Part shown: piece by piece, positions 1-9,315 of the stretch
Layout: the number at the start of each line of letters is the position of its first letter
Numbering within the stretch: position 1 is the first letter of the stretch
Assembly (NCBI GenBank): GCA_028282585.1
Contig: JANQHR010000127.1
Span: forward strand, 1 to 64,000
Length of the DNA stretch: 64,000 nucleotides
Reading direction: 5' to 3'
Origin: Bacteroidales bacterium
GTDB taxonomy: Bacteria > Bacteroidota > Bacteroidia > Bacteroidales > UBA12077
Position numbers and translations under genes: made by a program
The notes under the pieces: generated by a model
Told to the model about the DNA's origin: nothing
The model's input: only the letters and a program-made list of their open reading frames with translations
Database searches by the model: none

Positions 1-451
1 TCTGATTAACCTCTTTGTTATTTAATAAATATTTAGATGCAACTGCTATATCGTTGAACATACAATATCCTTCGCCAAAATCATAGTTTGCATGATGTGT
101 TCCTCCTGCAGCATTAAAAGAAACCCCGTTTTCCAAGGCAAGCAATGCCGCCTGAGAATTACCTGAACAAATTAAAGCCTCTCGTTTTATTAATTCCATA
201 CTTAGCGGAAAGCCTAATCTTCGTTCTTCTTGTTTAGTAATACTATTACACTTTAATTTATCGATATATTCATTACTATGCGCCAATGAAATAAAATCAT
301 CACCGGTTAATTTTGGTTCAAAAAAATTTTGTTTCGTGTAGGTTCCTTCCTTTAATAATTGTTCCGGTATTTTGATGTATTTATCCATTGGAAACCTATG
401 TCCTTCCGGTAAAGGATGGTGGTAAAAAGGTGAAAATGCGATGTAAATCAT
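1..451 (-). CDS. Histone deacetylase-family (AcuC/AphA-like) protein, truncated by window edge; missing from ORF track
   Basis: Manual translation from ATG at 451: MIYIAFSPFYHHPLPEGHRFPMDKY...GGTHHANYDFGEGYCMFND (HDAC HRFP and GGxHHA motifs). Confidence 0.9.
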   Translation of the reverse strand, partial: MIYIAFSPFYHHPLPEGHRFPMDKYIKIPEQLLKEGTYTKQNFFEPKLTGDDFISLAHSNEYIDKLKCNSITKQEERRLGFPLSMELIKREALICSGNSQAALLALENGVSFNAAGGTHHANYDFGEGYCMFNDIAVASKYLLNNKEVNQ

Positions 452-483
452 TTAGTTTTTCCCTGTTTCGATTCGGTAAACGA

Positions 484-491
484 CAAATATA
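484..491 (-). promoter_or_regulatory. Bacteroidota sigma-A -7 element (TATATTTG)
   Basis: Exact TAnnTTTG about 33 nt upstream of the HDAC start. Confidence 0.55.
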
Positions 492-528
492 ATTACTTTT
501 TATGAATCGACTAAATAACTCCAAAATT

Positions 529-2808
529 TTAAAAAGGATAGCCTACGCTAACGTACCAACGAATATTTTCATCAAAATCGTTATCTGAATACATTACGCT
601 TATAGGTCCGAGAATTGTATTTGCTCTTATACCAGCAGAAAATCCTTTTAAATATGACTTCCAAGGTGCATTTGCAACGTAGTCTAACATATCGTCTTTT
701 GATTCTGTATAAAATCCGATATTTGCTCTGGATGATAGATATACTCTGGGTACAATTTGAATATCTATTCCCCCTCCCAATAGACCAAAATTAGATACAA
801 TGGATTCGGAGAAACTCATCCCAACAAATGGTATATAACCAAACCTTTCTGTGTAATAACTACCTCCTACAACAAAATTCCCTATCCCTGAGGATGGTGA
901 GGAAGAAATACCTGTAGCAGCTTTAACGCTTAAAGTTAATTTCTTAAAAACGGTCAAATACATATCTAAACTGGTATACCCTAAATAAAAGTCTTCGGGA
1001 TCCTCATCGAAAAACGTCACCGGCCCCATTGCAACTTTATCTGTATCGTTAATTTCGTAATCCAATTTGGGTTTAAAATTGTATTTATAACTAATATCTA
1101 ACTTAAACCCCTTGCTTGGAAAGAACTTGTCATCAGTTGTATTTACATTAAAATTAAGTTTGTATCCAAATCCTCTATGTCCATAAATTTCAAAGCTGGG
1201 TACACCAAAATAGTTTCTTAAATTATCTTTGGGTTTAATTCTTTGAATCTCATAAAATCCCAGAATACCTATTTGTTGATTAACTGCAATTGAATATCTA
1301 ATGCCTCCACCAATCATAAAATGATTTAAATTATAAGACCCTATATCAATATAATTATCATAAAAAGAATGTTCATTTTGATACCAATCAATAAAATAGT
1401 TATCCATTATACGCTGGTTTTTACCCCAATACTTATTAATATTAATCCTAAGAGCTGGATTTTCAGCAATATTAAGTGAAACGGTTGCTCTTGACTCCGG
1501 TGCTAAATAATTACGTAATGTTAAATTGGTAATTACTCCCGGACCAAACTGATTATCATAATGTGCCGCAATATTAAGAAATGCCCTTGTACTCTCTTTT
1601 ACCTTAAAATATAATCTATAGTTTTCCCCATCTAATTTCTTTAATGTATAGGTTACTTTTCTAAAATATTGTGTCCCATATATTTTGTCAACTGCTTCGC
1701 TCATATCTTCCTTGGAAACAAATGATCCTTCCTTAATACCTGATCGTCTTATAATGAAACGATCTGCTACAAAAGGACGATCATTTATTACCTTAATTTC
1801 CTTGATAAATATTTTTTCAGGTTGGTCTATCTTTTTTACGGGTTTGTAAGAAAGATTTAAAGAATCTGCTAAACGATAAAGCTTCTTCTGTATCTCTAAA
1901 GCAGCAACTTCACCATAATGTTCAATTTTTTTATTTCTTGCAAAGTCCGAAGCACCTAAGCCATGTAGATCAGGTTCTATTAAAAGATCAGTTTTCTTCA
2001 TCTGCTCTTTCGAATCAAAGATTCCCAAAAATACTGTTGCCCTTGAAAGAACATCTGAAAGTGAAAATAAATCCTCTTTAGTTACTTCTTCTTCAAATCC
2101 AACAAAAACGCCGATCACATAATCTGCTCCCATTTCTTTAACCTCATCAACAGGGAAATTACGTAAAACTCCACCATCAACAAAAACCATAGTATCTATA
2201 ATTTCCGGTGCAAAAATACTTGGAATAGACATACTTGCTTTGATGCTTTCTTGCAGATTACCCGAATCAAATTCAATCAATTTTCCGCTAATCAGATCAA
2301 CACCCATGCAATGAAATGGAATTGGCAGGCTATCATAACTTTCCATTTCGGGCAATGGCCACATCAATGAGGCAAAAAACTTTTCTAATTGTTGTCCTTC
2401 TATCATTCCGGAAGGAAGTTTAAACTCATAATTCCGAATAGGAATTCCCCATATATATCTTTTATATTCATATTTCTCTTCAAAAACTACTTCATTTAAA
2501 GGAATTCTATCTGACAATAACATTTCCCAATCAGCATTTTTGTTCATTTCAGAAATCTCATCAGCTGTATATCCCATAGAATACAATGCACCAACTACCG
2601 CTCCCATACTTGTGCCAGTAATATAGTCAGGAGAAATACCGATTTCTTCCAATACTTTTAATACCCCAATATGCGCTAATCCTTTAGCTGCACCTCCACT
2701 TAAAACCAATCCTATTTTTGCTTTGGGAATTGTGTCATTTTCTTGAGAAAACGCAACATTTGATAATTTAAATAAAATTATTATTACTAATAATAACTTA
2801 GTCTTCAT
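529..2808 (-). CDS. Patatin-like phospholipase with POTRA and C-terminal beta-barrel (PlpD-like)
   Basis: Signal peptide, GGAAKG, GTSMG nucleophile, DGG motif, C-terminal barrel ending in F. Confidence 0.9.
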   Translation of the reverse strand: MKTKLLLVIIILFKLSNVAFSQENDTIPKAKIGLVLSGGAAKGLAHIGVLKVLEEIGISPDYITGTSMGAVVGALYSMGYTADEISEMNKNADWEMLLSDRIPLNEVVFEEKYEYKRYIWGIPIRNYEFKLPSGMIEGQQLEKFFASLMWPLPEMESYDSLPIPFHCMGVDLISGKLIEFDSGNLQESIKASMSIPSIFAPEIIDTMVFVDGGVLRNFPVDEVKEMGADYVIGVFVGFEEEVTKEDLFSLSDVLSRATVFLGIFDSKEQMKKTDLLIEPDLHGLGASDFARNKKIEHYGEVAALEIQKKLYRLADSLNLSYKPVKKIDQPEKIFIKEIKVINDRPFVADRFIIRRSGIKEGSFVSKEDMSEAVDKIYGTQYFRKVTYTLKKLDGENYRLYFKVKESTRAFLNIAAHYDNQFGPGVITNLTLRNYLAPESRATVSLNIAENPALRININKYWGKNQRIMDNYFIDWYQNEHSFYDNYIDIGSYNLNHFMIGGGIRYSIAVNQQIGILGFYEIQRIKPKDNLRNYFGVPSFEIYGHRGFGYKLNFNVNTTDDKFFPSKGFKLDISYKYNFKPKLDYEINDTDKVAMGPVTFFDEDPEDFYLGYTSLDMYLTVFKKLTLSVKAATGISSSPSSGIGNFVVGGSYYTERFGYIPFVGMSFSESIVSNFGLLGGGIDIQIVPRVYLSSRANIGFYTESKDDMLDYVANAPWKSYLKGFSAGIRANTILGPISVMYSDNDFDENIRWYVSVGYPF

Positions 2809-2988
2809 GTTAAAACAAGGAATTTTACGTTGTAAATTTACAAATTTGATATCAATTATATTATCTGTACAAATGAACAGAAGATTTGTGAAAATACTAC
2901 TAAAATAAGAATGAACAAGTAATTTTAAATCTTTAAATGCTTTTTTTCCGGCTTGAGCATTAATATTTCAAAAATTGGTTATAAAAAA

Positions 2989-3009
2989 TGCTACACCTTT
3001 AGTGTAGCA
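2989..3009 (-). terminator. Intrinsic terminator of the GAF-domain gene
   Basis: TGCTACAC-N5-GTGTAGCA hairpin followed by a T-run on the minus strand. Confidence 0.7.
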
Positions 3010-3041
3010 ACTTTTCATCCTTAAAAGTTTGATACCGGAAT

Positions 3042-4997
3042 TTAGTTTTTTTGTGCCGAAGACTTATAATCAAACTCACTTTGAGTTCTGTCATCTTCTC
3101 CAAGCTTCCCAAAAAGCTCAGTATTTTTAATTTTTAATTCTTCAATTTCAAGCAACAACTCTTCTTCTCTACTTGATAATCTTTCTTGTGTTACGGTAAG
3201 TTCTTCCATATTCTGCCTCATCTCTTCTTCTTGTGTTGACATCTCTTCAGCCTGACGTTTAGTTTCTTCCAGTAGTTTATTAGTTTTGATGTTCATTTGC
3301 ACAAAATATAAATGAGAAGCAATATTTTCTGCTATTTTTTCAACAAATTCAATTTCATGTTTTTCTAATTTATTAAATGATGCTATCTCAATCATTCCCA
3401 ACACTTCCTCTTCTCTTTTTAATGGTACAATTAATAGGCTGCTAGGATTAGCCCCACCCAAACCTGAAGTTATTTCAATATAATGATTTGGAATTTCGGT
3501 CATATATACCGTTTTAGCCTCAATAGCACATGTTCCAAGCATTCCTTCTCCTAGAGAAACACTTTTTTCCAAGAATTTTTTACGATCATAAGCATATGCT
3601 GCCGTTAAATTAAAATGAACATTGCTTTTGTCTTCTTCATTTCTAATGAATACCCCACCCTGATTTGCATTTAAGTAATGTACCAGGTTTTTTATAATCT
3701 CAAAAGATAAATCCTCAATATTATCATTATTTGAGCGAAGAATATCTGCAAACAGTCCTATTCCTTCATTATTCCATATTCTTCTTTCAGACTCAACTTG
3801 TTGCTGCTCGCGTTCAGATTGAACCTGTAACAGCTTTTTTCTCATTAAAATTAGATTACTACCTAATTCGCCTTCTCCGTTAAATACATTGATTTTTTCT
3901 TTAAAATTCCCATTACCAACTTCAATAACAAAATCTCTAGTTTCCTTAAGGTTTTTTGTTAAGATATTTATAGAATTCTTCATTTTTGATATTTCATCAA
4001 TACCATTGATTTCAATTTCCTCTGGAAGCTCACCCTTACCTAACCTGCTAACATATCTTCTTAATTTTTTTACTGAGTTAACAATATATTTTGAGTCACG
4101 ATAAATAAAGACTAAAATCCCTGCCGATAAAATAGTTATCATGACAAATAATGTAATTACCGCTTTTGAAATTTGATTTCTTGAATTTGCATAAATAGCA
4201 TTATGTACAACGTTTAGGTTCTTTTCTATTTGCACAACGCTTTCATTTATTTTAAGCATCAGACCCCTATCATCTTTTAGACCTATAGTGATATCTTTTT
4301 CAATTACCTTATGAAAAATATCCTGGTAATTCTTTAGGTAACCTACAATAATACTTGCATCAATAATTCTACTGGAATTTAATTCTTGTATAAAATCATT
4401 TATAACATTATCAAATCTATCCCTGTATTTCAAATCTTTTCGCAATAAGTAGTCTTTTTCATGCCTACGCAATGTGAGCATATACTTTGAATACATGAGA
4501 TTATTTTGTTCATCCACAATACCTTCAACAGAATGGATATGCCCTCTCATTTGACCTACCAATCCGTAGTCTTTAAACCCCTTTTGAATAATCTGGTCTT
4601 TTAGGAGGTTAAAATTCTTTCTATAATCGGAAAAACCGTTTTCAATCAATGTTACATTTTGAAATAAGCCAAGTTTTGTTATTATCCCATTATTTTTTAA
4701 ATATAGCATCTGCCCCTCCGCTCTGTGAAGAACAGCATATAAAGAATCTAACAAACTACTCTCTTCAGATCTGTAAAAATCAACATTTGAGGTTTCTTTT
4801 AACAGAAAATCCTTTTCATATTTACGTAGTTTTAGTTCTTCTACATTCAAAGCATCAACTATGCTAAGTAAGGTGTATTGCTTAAAAGTATTTTGTAAAT
4901 TATAATTGGTTACAAATCCAAGCGTGATTAAAATAAATGTGATTCCAATTGCCGTACTTATTAAACGCGATTTTATTGTAGCATTTATTCCTTTCAT
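3042..4997 (-). CDS. Membrane sensor protein: TM-periplasmic domain-TM-HAMP-GAF-coiled coil
   Basis: Two TM helices, HAMP-like segment (DEI), GAF motifs (GEGMLG, IVPL, IEIAS), C-terminal EEEMRQNMEEL coiled coil. Confidence 0.8.
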   Translation of the reverse strand: MKGINATIKSRLISTAIGITFILITLGFVTNYNLQNTFKQYTLLSIVDALNVEELKLRKYEKDFLLKETSNVDFYRSEESSLLDSLYAVLHRAEGQMLYLKNNGIITKLGLFQNVTLIENGFSDYRKNFNLLKDQIIQKGFKDYGLVGQMRGHIHSVEGIVDEQNNLMYSKYMLTLRRHEKDYLLRKDLKYRDRFDNVINDFIQELNSSRIIDASIIVGYLKNYQDIFHKVIEKDITIGLKDDRGLMLKINESVVQIEKNLNVVHNAIYANSRNQISKAVITLFVMITILSAGILVFIYRDSKYIVNSVKKLRRYVSRLGKGELPEEIEINGIDEISKMKNSINILTKNLKETRDFVIEVGNGNFKEKINVFNGEGELGSNLILMRKKLLQVQSEREQQQVESERRIWNNEGIGLFADILRSNNDNIEDLSFEIIKNLVHYLNANQGGVFIRNEEDKSNVHFNLTAAYAYDRKKFLEKSVSLGEGMLGTCAIEAKTVYMTEIPNHYIEITSGLGGANPSSLLIVPLKREEEVLGMIEIASFNKLEKHEIEFVEKIAENIASHLYFVQMNIKTNKLLEETKRQAEEMSTQEEEMRQNMEELTVTQERLSSREEELLLEIEELKIKNTELFGKLGEDDRTQSEFDYKSSAQKN

Positions 4998-5011
4998 CCG
5001 TTTTTTTGAAG

Positions 5012-5019
5012 CAAATGTA
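5012..5019 (-). promoter_or_regulatory. Bacteroidota -7 element (TACATTTG)
   Basis: Exact TAnnTTTG just upstream of the GAF gene start at 4997. Confidence 0.5.
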
Positions 5020-5123
5020 TTTTTTTAACTAATAAACATGCGTAAATTAACATTAAGTATTCGTTAAGATAACATTTTCAACTTACAGACATTCAATTTA
5101 ATACAATTATCTCATTTAGAGCT

Positions 5124-5588
5124 TCATAAATATTTTTTATATTCTACAAAGGTTTGTAGAAAAAACTCGGACATATTTACATCATCCTTAAGAAAAGAAA
5201 AATCCTTAAAATCAAAACCAGGGGAAACGGAACAACCTACTAATGAAAAGTCGCCTGTGGTTTCAGCTGCCTGATAAATACCTCCTTTAATAACTTTCAC
5301 AAAAGAATCATTTCCTAATATAACCTCATTAATATCTTTTCCATCAAATTCGATAATTGTAAGTGGTGCGCCATCATAAAAGTTCCAGACCTCATCGTGA
5401 AGTACCTTATGAAATCTGCTTACCTGGCCTTTAACTAAAAGGAAATAAATATGCGTTAATGCATTTCTTTCATTGTTATTAATTGGTGAATTTACTACCT
5501 GCTCTGATCTATATATTTCGCGATAAAATCCACCTTCAGGATGAGGCTTCAATTTATATTTCCTGATGACTTTTTCAATATTTTCCAT
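5124..5588 (-). CDS. Cupin (DUF985/cupin_5) protein
   Basis: HPEGG(F)Y, DEVWNFYDG, LVGCSVSPGFDF motifs. Confidence 0.9.
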   Translation of the reverse strand: MENIEKVIRKYKLKPHPEGGFYREIYRSEQVVNSPINNNERNALTHIYFLLVKGQVSRFHKVLHDEVWNFYDGAPLTIIEFDGKDINEVILGNDSFVKVIKGGIYQAAETTGDFSLVGCSVSPGFDFKDFSFLKDDVNMSEFFLQTFVEYKKYL

Positions 5589-5663
5589 GCACGTAAAATA
5601 CGAAAAAACGTTTATTTTGATGAGTGAAACAAGTACTGTATAATAAACACCAAACCTTACTAA

Positions 5664-5792
5664 TTAATTTGTAACTTTTTCTGTATTTTTTGTTGAATTA
5701 TCAGCATATGCAGGGCAATATGCATGAGACGAGCAAGAACTTAAAATTACTGCTGTAAGCAGTATAAAAAATAAAAGTATTTTTTTCTTCAT
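5664..5792 (-). CDS. Small 42-aa lipoprotein with CPAY motif (not in ORF track)
   Basis: MKKKILLFFILLTAVILSSC-SSHAYCPAYADNSTKNTEKVTN: basic N-terminus, hydrophobic core, LSSC lipobox. Confidence 0.7.
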   Translation of the reverse strand: MKKKILLFFILLTAVILSSCSSHAYCPAYADNSTKNTEKVTN

Positions 5793-6004
5793 AGTTATTA
5801 ATTTTTGTTGTTGTTTTCAAAGCTACTTACGGATATACAGCCTACTGGTTACAGCATACAGAAGATTTAATATTAGCTTACAAAATGATCATTCTATTAT
5901 GAAAGTTAATTTTTAGTTGTTCATTTACCGAAACTTAAACCGAATTATTTAAACGTTATTTATAACTATTTACATTGAAACCTTCTTTAAAAAGTGTTTT
6001 ATAA

Positions 6005-6142
6005 CACATACTTAAACTTCAAAGCACCGCATTTAGCGGTGCCTTAGAAAGGTAAATCCTAGGGCTAATTGCTTAATTGGGAAGGGCAATTTATCTCTAT
6101 TTCTTTTCCCATCAATTCAATAACCCTGTTCTTTAAAGTGTG
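6005..6142 (-). ncRNA. Candidate structured non-coding RNA, 6S-like architecture
   Basis: Closing stem CACACUUUAAA/UUUAAGUAUGUG, long inner stem, side hairpin GCACCGC-UAAAU-GCGGUGC, upstream TTTG-N20-TAATTTCA. Confidence 0.45.
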
Positions 6143-6286
6143 AGGCTGAAATTAGCAATTTTATCTTTGAAATACAAATGAACAAAATGAGATTTTATTT
6201 GTAAACTACTGTAAATTAAAAACTAAGCAAAAAAAATGATTAGTTAAAAAAAATGATTACTTTTCAACAAACTAATACTCTAAATT

Positions 6287-7171
6287 ATGGACAAAGTTTC
6301 AACTATTATTCTAGCAGCTTCATTAATAATAATTATGCTTGGAATGGGATTATCATTAGTGATAGATGATTTTAAAAGAATATTTGTTTACCCAAAAGCA
6401 ATACTAATCGGACTAACAAATCAATTAATATTATTGCCATTAATAGGCTTTACAATTGCTTTAATATTTCCACTGAAACCAGAAATTGCGATAGGAATAA
6501 TGATTTTAGCTGCATGTCCCGGAGGCCCAACCTCTAATTTAATAGCTCATTTAGCTAAGGGAGACCTTGCATTATCTGTTTCATTAACAGCCATCAGTAG
6601 TTTTATTACAATATTAACCATACCTTTTATTATAAATTTTGCCTTAATTCAATTTTTAGAACAAGGTCAAATAATCAGGTTGGATGTAGTTTCAACTATC
6701 GCCCAGATATTTGTTATAATTGTTATACCCGTTGGCTTGGGAATGATAATAAGAAAGTATAAAGAAAACTTTGCACTAAAAATGGCAAAACCTGTGCGAA
6801 AGGCTTCCGGAATTGTTGTTGTATTAGTTATAATAGGTATTGTAATTAAAGAAAAAGAGAATGTTATCCCATATTTTCAACAGGCTGGAGTTGTAGCTCT
6901 GATACTAAATGTTGCCACGATGTTGGTAGGATTTTATTCGGCTAAAATATTTAAAATATTAGATAGAAGGGCTGTTTCTATTTCAATCGAATCGGGAATA
7001 CAAAACGGAACACTGGCAATAACAATAGCAGTTGTTTTACTTGGGAACAGTGAATTTGCTATTACCCCGGCTATTTACAGTTTAATCATGTTTTTTACAG
7101 GAGGTGTTGCTATTTATTTTGGAATTAGAAGAAATAAGAAAGAAGAGGCTTTAGGTAATGTTAAAGTTTAA
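6287..7171 (+). CDS. Bile acid:sodium symporter (BASS) family transporter
   Basis: MLGMGL, CPGGPTSN, IESGIQN motifs; multiple TM helices. Confidence 0.92.
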   Translation: MDKVSTIILAASLIIIMLGMGLSLVIDDFKRIFVYPKAILIGLTNQLILLPLIGFTIALIFPLKPEIAIGIMILAACPGGPTSNLIAHLAKGDLALSVSLTAISSFITILTIPFIINFALIQFLEQGQIIRLDVVSTIAQIFVIIVIPVGLGMIIRKYKENFALKMAKPVRKASGIVVVLVIIGIVIKEKENVIPYFQQAGVVALILNVATMLVGFYSAKIFKILDRRAVSISIESGIQNGTLAITIAVVLLGNSEFAITPAIYSLIMFFTGGVAIYFGIRRNKKEEALGNVKV

Positions 7172-7354
7172 TGTTATTTATTTAGATATTATCGTAAAAG
7201 TTTTTCTGAACTCAACCTTTTTACTTGCTTTGCTAATGAGAATGTTTCACCTGATTACTGCTCTTTTTGAATACGGTCAAAAAAAGTACAATAATAATTA
7301 ATGAAACACCCTAATTCAGAGGTGATTTTGTTTAAAAGTCAAAAACAAACAATA

Positions 7355-8527
7355 TTATTTTGTTTTAATGTACTTTCTTAAATCAGAAGCAAGAATTTGC
7401 TCTAATTCGTTTTTATTTTCCACTGATGTTTCGGTAAACATGATTGCAAAGATGGGGTAATTGTTAAAATCAATCTTCCTTAACTCTAACACATTCTCAA
7501 AATCATTCAATAATAAATTATAATCAAATGATTTAATATCTCGTACATCAATACCGGAATTATTATCTAATATTACAATACTATAAATTTTGTCTTTTCT
7601 AGACTCAAATACTTTATCCCAGTTTGGTTTTTTATTATTTAGAAAGTAATCGTATGAGTTTATACCGTAAGCATACCACATAAAATCTCCTGAAGTATGC
7701 CAACCTCCAAATCTTAGTGGATTTATTTCGATCGGATGTATTTCACCTTTTCCATTTATTCTCACTTCAACATGGGCCGGGAAATTCCTTAGATTCGTTT
7801 TATTACCAATGGTTTTTAGGAACTCGGATATTTCTTCGTAATACCTAAACATTATTTCTTTCGAACCAGAATAAATTCGGTCACTTACATCATCTGCTGA
7901 TGAAAAAATATGATGCATGATATTTAAAATAACCAGCTCGCCGTTTTCATCAAAATAACAATCAACGGCATATTCTTCACCCTTTATTATATCTTCAATA
8001 ATGAAATCGTTAACATCCAACACTTCTTTAGGATAAACCTTCTTAAAAAGTTCTATTTCATTTTCTATTTTTTCTACTGATTCATAAAAACCCTTCTCAT
8101 CATCAATTTTATAAACACCAATACTGAAAAATCCAACAGCAGGTTTAAGAATAAATGGGAACTTTAATTCCTCAAGATTTAGATTCCTTAGTTCGTTATA
8201 CTTTATTCCTTTAAAAAAGTATCCAGGATTTAAATCTTTTATTAGTTCTCTGAATTTAACCTTGTTTTTAAAAACATTAATATTTTTGGAAAGATTTGAT
8301 GAATTAAGCTTTTGCTCTATCCAGGCTATCGAATTTTCAGAATTTGTATAAACTCTATTGTTTTTATTTTTCTGGTGTACAACAATTGCATCTTCCTCAC
8401 TAATCCAATTAAAGTCACCATCCTTAAGTAGCTCTCTTGCTGATGATGTGTTTACTATTGGAAAATTATTTTCTTTAAGCACCTTTATAAAAAAGTCCGA
8501 TATGTATGGTTTATCAACTAATATCAT
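7355..8527 (-). CDS. ATP-grasp domain protein
   Basis: FPFILKPAVG, EYAVD, IEINPLRFGG motifs. Confidence 0.85.
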   Translation of the reverse strand: MILVDKPYISDFFIKVLKENNFPIVNTSSARELLKDGDFNWISEEDAIVVHQKNKNNRVYTNSENSIAWIEQKLNSSNLSKNINVFKNKVKFRELIKDLNPGYFFKGIKYNELRNLNLEELKFPFILKPAVGFFSIGVYKIDDEKGFYESVEKIENEIELFKKVYPKEVLDVNDFIIEDIIKGEEYAVDCYFDENGELVILNIMHHIFSSADDVSDRIYSGSKEIMFRYYEEISEFLKTIGNKTNLRNFPAHVEVRINGKGEIHPIEINPLRFGGWHTSGDFMWYAYGINSYDYFLNNKKPNWDKVFESRKDKIYSIVILDNNSGIDVRDIKSFDYNLLLNDFENVLELRKIDFNNYPIFAIMFTETSVENKNELEQILASDLRKYIKTK

Positions 8528-8560
8528 TTTAATCTGAATTACATTTCATAGAATAGAGCA

Positions 8561-8568
8561 CAAATATA
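8561..8568 (-). promoter_or_regulatory. Bacteroidota -7 element (TATATTTG)
   Basis: Exact TAnnTTTG upstream of the ATP-grasp gene. Confidence 0.5.
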
Positions 8569-8625
8569 ATATACCTTATGTTTATTATGCTTAAATAGAA
8601 AATTTTTTCGCTACGCCTAATAAGT

Positions 8626-8669
8626 AAAAAGCACCTCTCCCGCTATTAACGGAATTAAGATGCTTTTTT
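8626..8669 (-). terminator. Probable terminator of the hnd operon
   Basis: AAAAAGCA...TGCTTTTT inverted repeat downstream of hndA; a second hairpin CCTGCCTGA/TCAGGCAGG lies at 8712-8750. Confidence 0.55.
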
Positions 8670-8790
8670 ATCTGGACACACATCGCTAAGTAATTACTAC
8701 TTAACCCTAAACCTGCCTGAATACCTTTCGGTTTTAAACTGTCAGGCAGGCTAAACTTATTGAAGATTATTTCTATCTTGAACCCTTTAT

Positions 8791-9294
8791 CTATAATTCT
8801 TTATATTCTTCAAGAATTTCTTTTACTCCTTCCGGTGAAATTCTTCCATAGGTTTTTTCTCCAACCAAAACTACCGGTGCTAACCCACAAGCTCCTACAC
8901 AACGTAAGCAGCTTAAAGAAAACTTACCATCTTCAGTCGTTTCACCTACTTCAATATCTAACTGGCGCTTAAACTCTTGCAATACATTATCTGCTCCACG
9001 TACATAACATGCAGTACCTGTGCAAATTGAAATTGGATATTTACCTTTTGGGATCATTGTAAAGAATGAGTAAAAAGTTACTACTCCGTATACTTTAGCC
9101 ACTGAAACATTCAATTCTTGTGCAACAACTTCCTGTACTTCAGCAGGCAAATATCCAAAGTGCTCTTGGGTTTTATGTAAAACGTTGATTAATTCACCTG
9201 GTTTATTATCAAAAGACTTACAAATTTCTTTGATCGTATTCAGGTCCTTTTCTTTTACTTTTACTTTTATATCTGACATTGATTTTTCCTCCAT
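8791..9294 (-). CDS. hndA: [FeFe]-hydrogenase NuoE-like [2Fe-2S] subunit (HndA/HydC)
   Basis: CTGTAC...CLRCVGACGLAP thioredoxin-like 2Fe-2S motif. Confidence 0.92.
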   Translation of the reverse strand: MEEKSMSDIKVKVKEKDLNTIKEICKSFDNKPGELINVLHKTQEHFGYLPAEVQEVVAQELNVSVAKVYGVVTFYSFFTMIPKGKYPISICTGTACYVRGADNVLQEFKRQLDIEVGETTEDGKFSLSCLRCVGACGLAPVVLVGEKTYGRISPEGVKEILEEYKEL

Positions 9295-9315
9295 ATTTTT
9301 AATTTAACCACTCAC

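Noticed and set aside
7190-7290. Possible gene remnant between the BASS and ATP-grasp genes
   Set aside because: Only about 20 open codons with no convincing motif.
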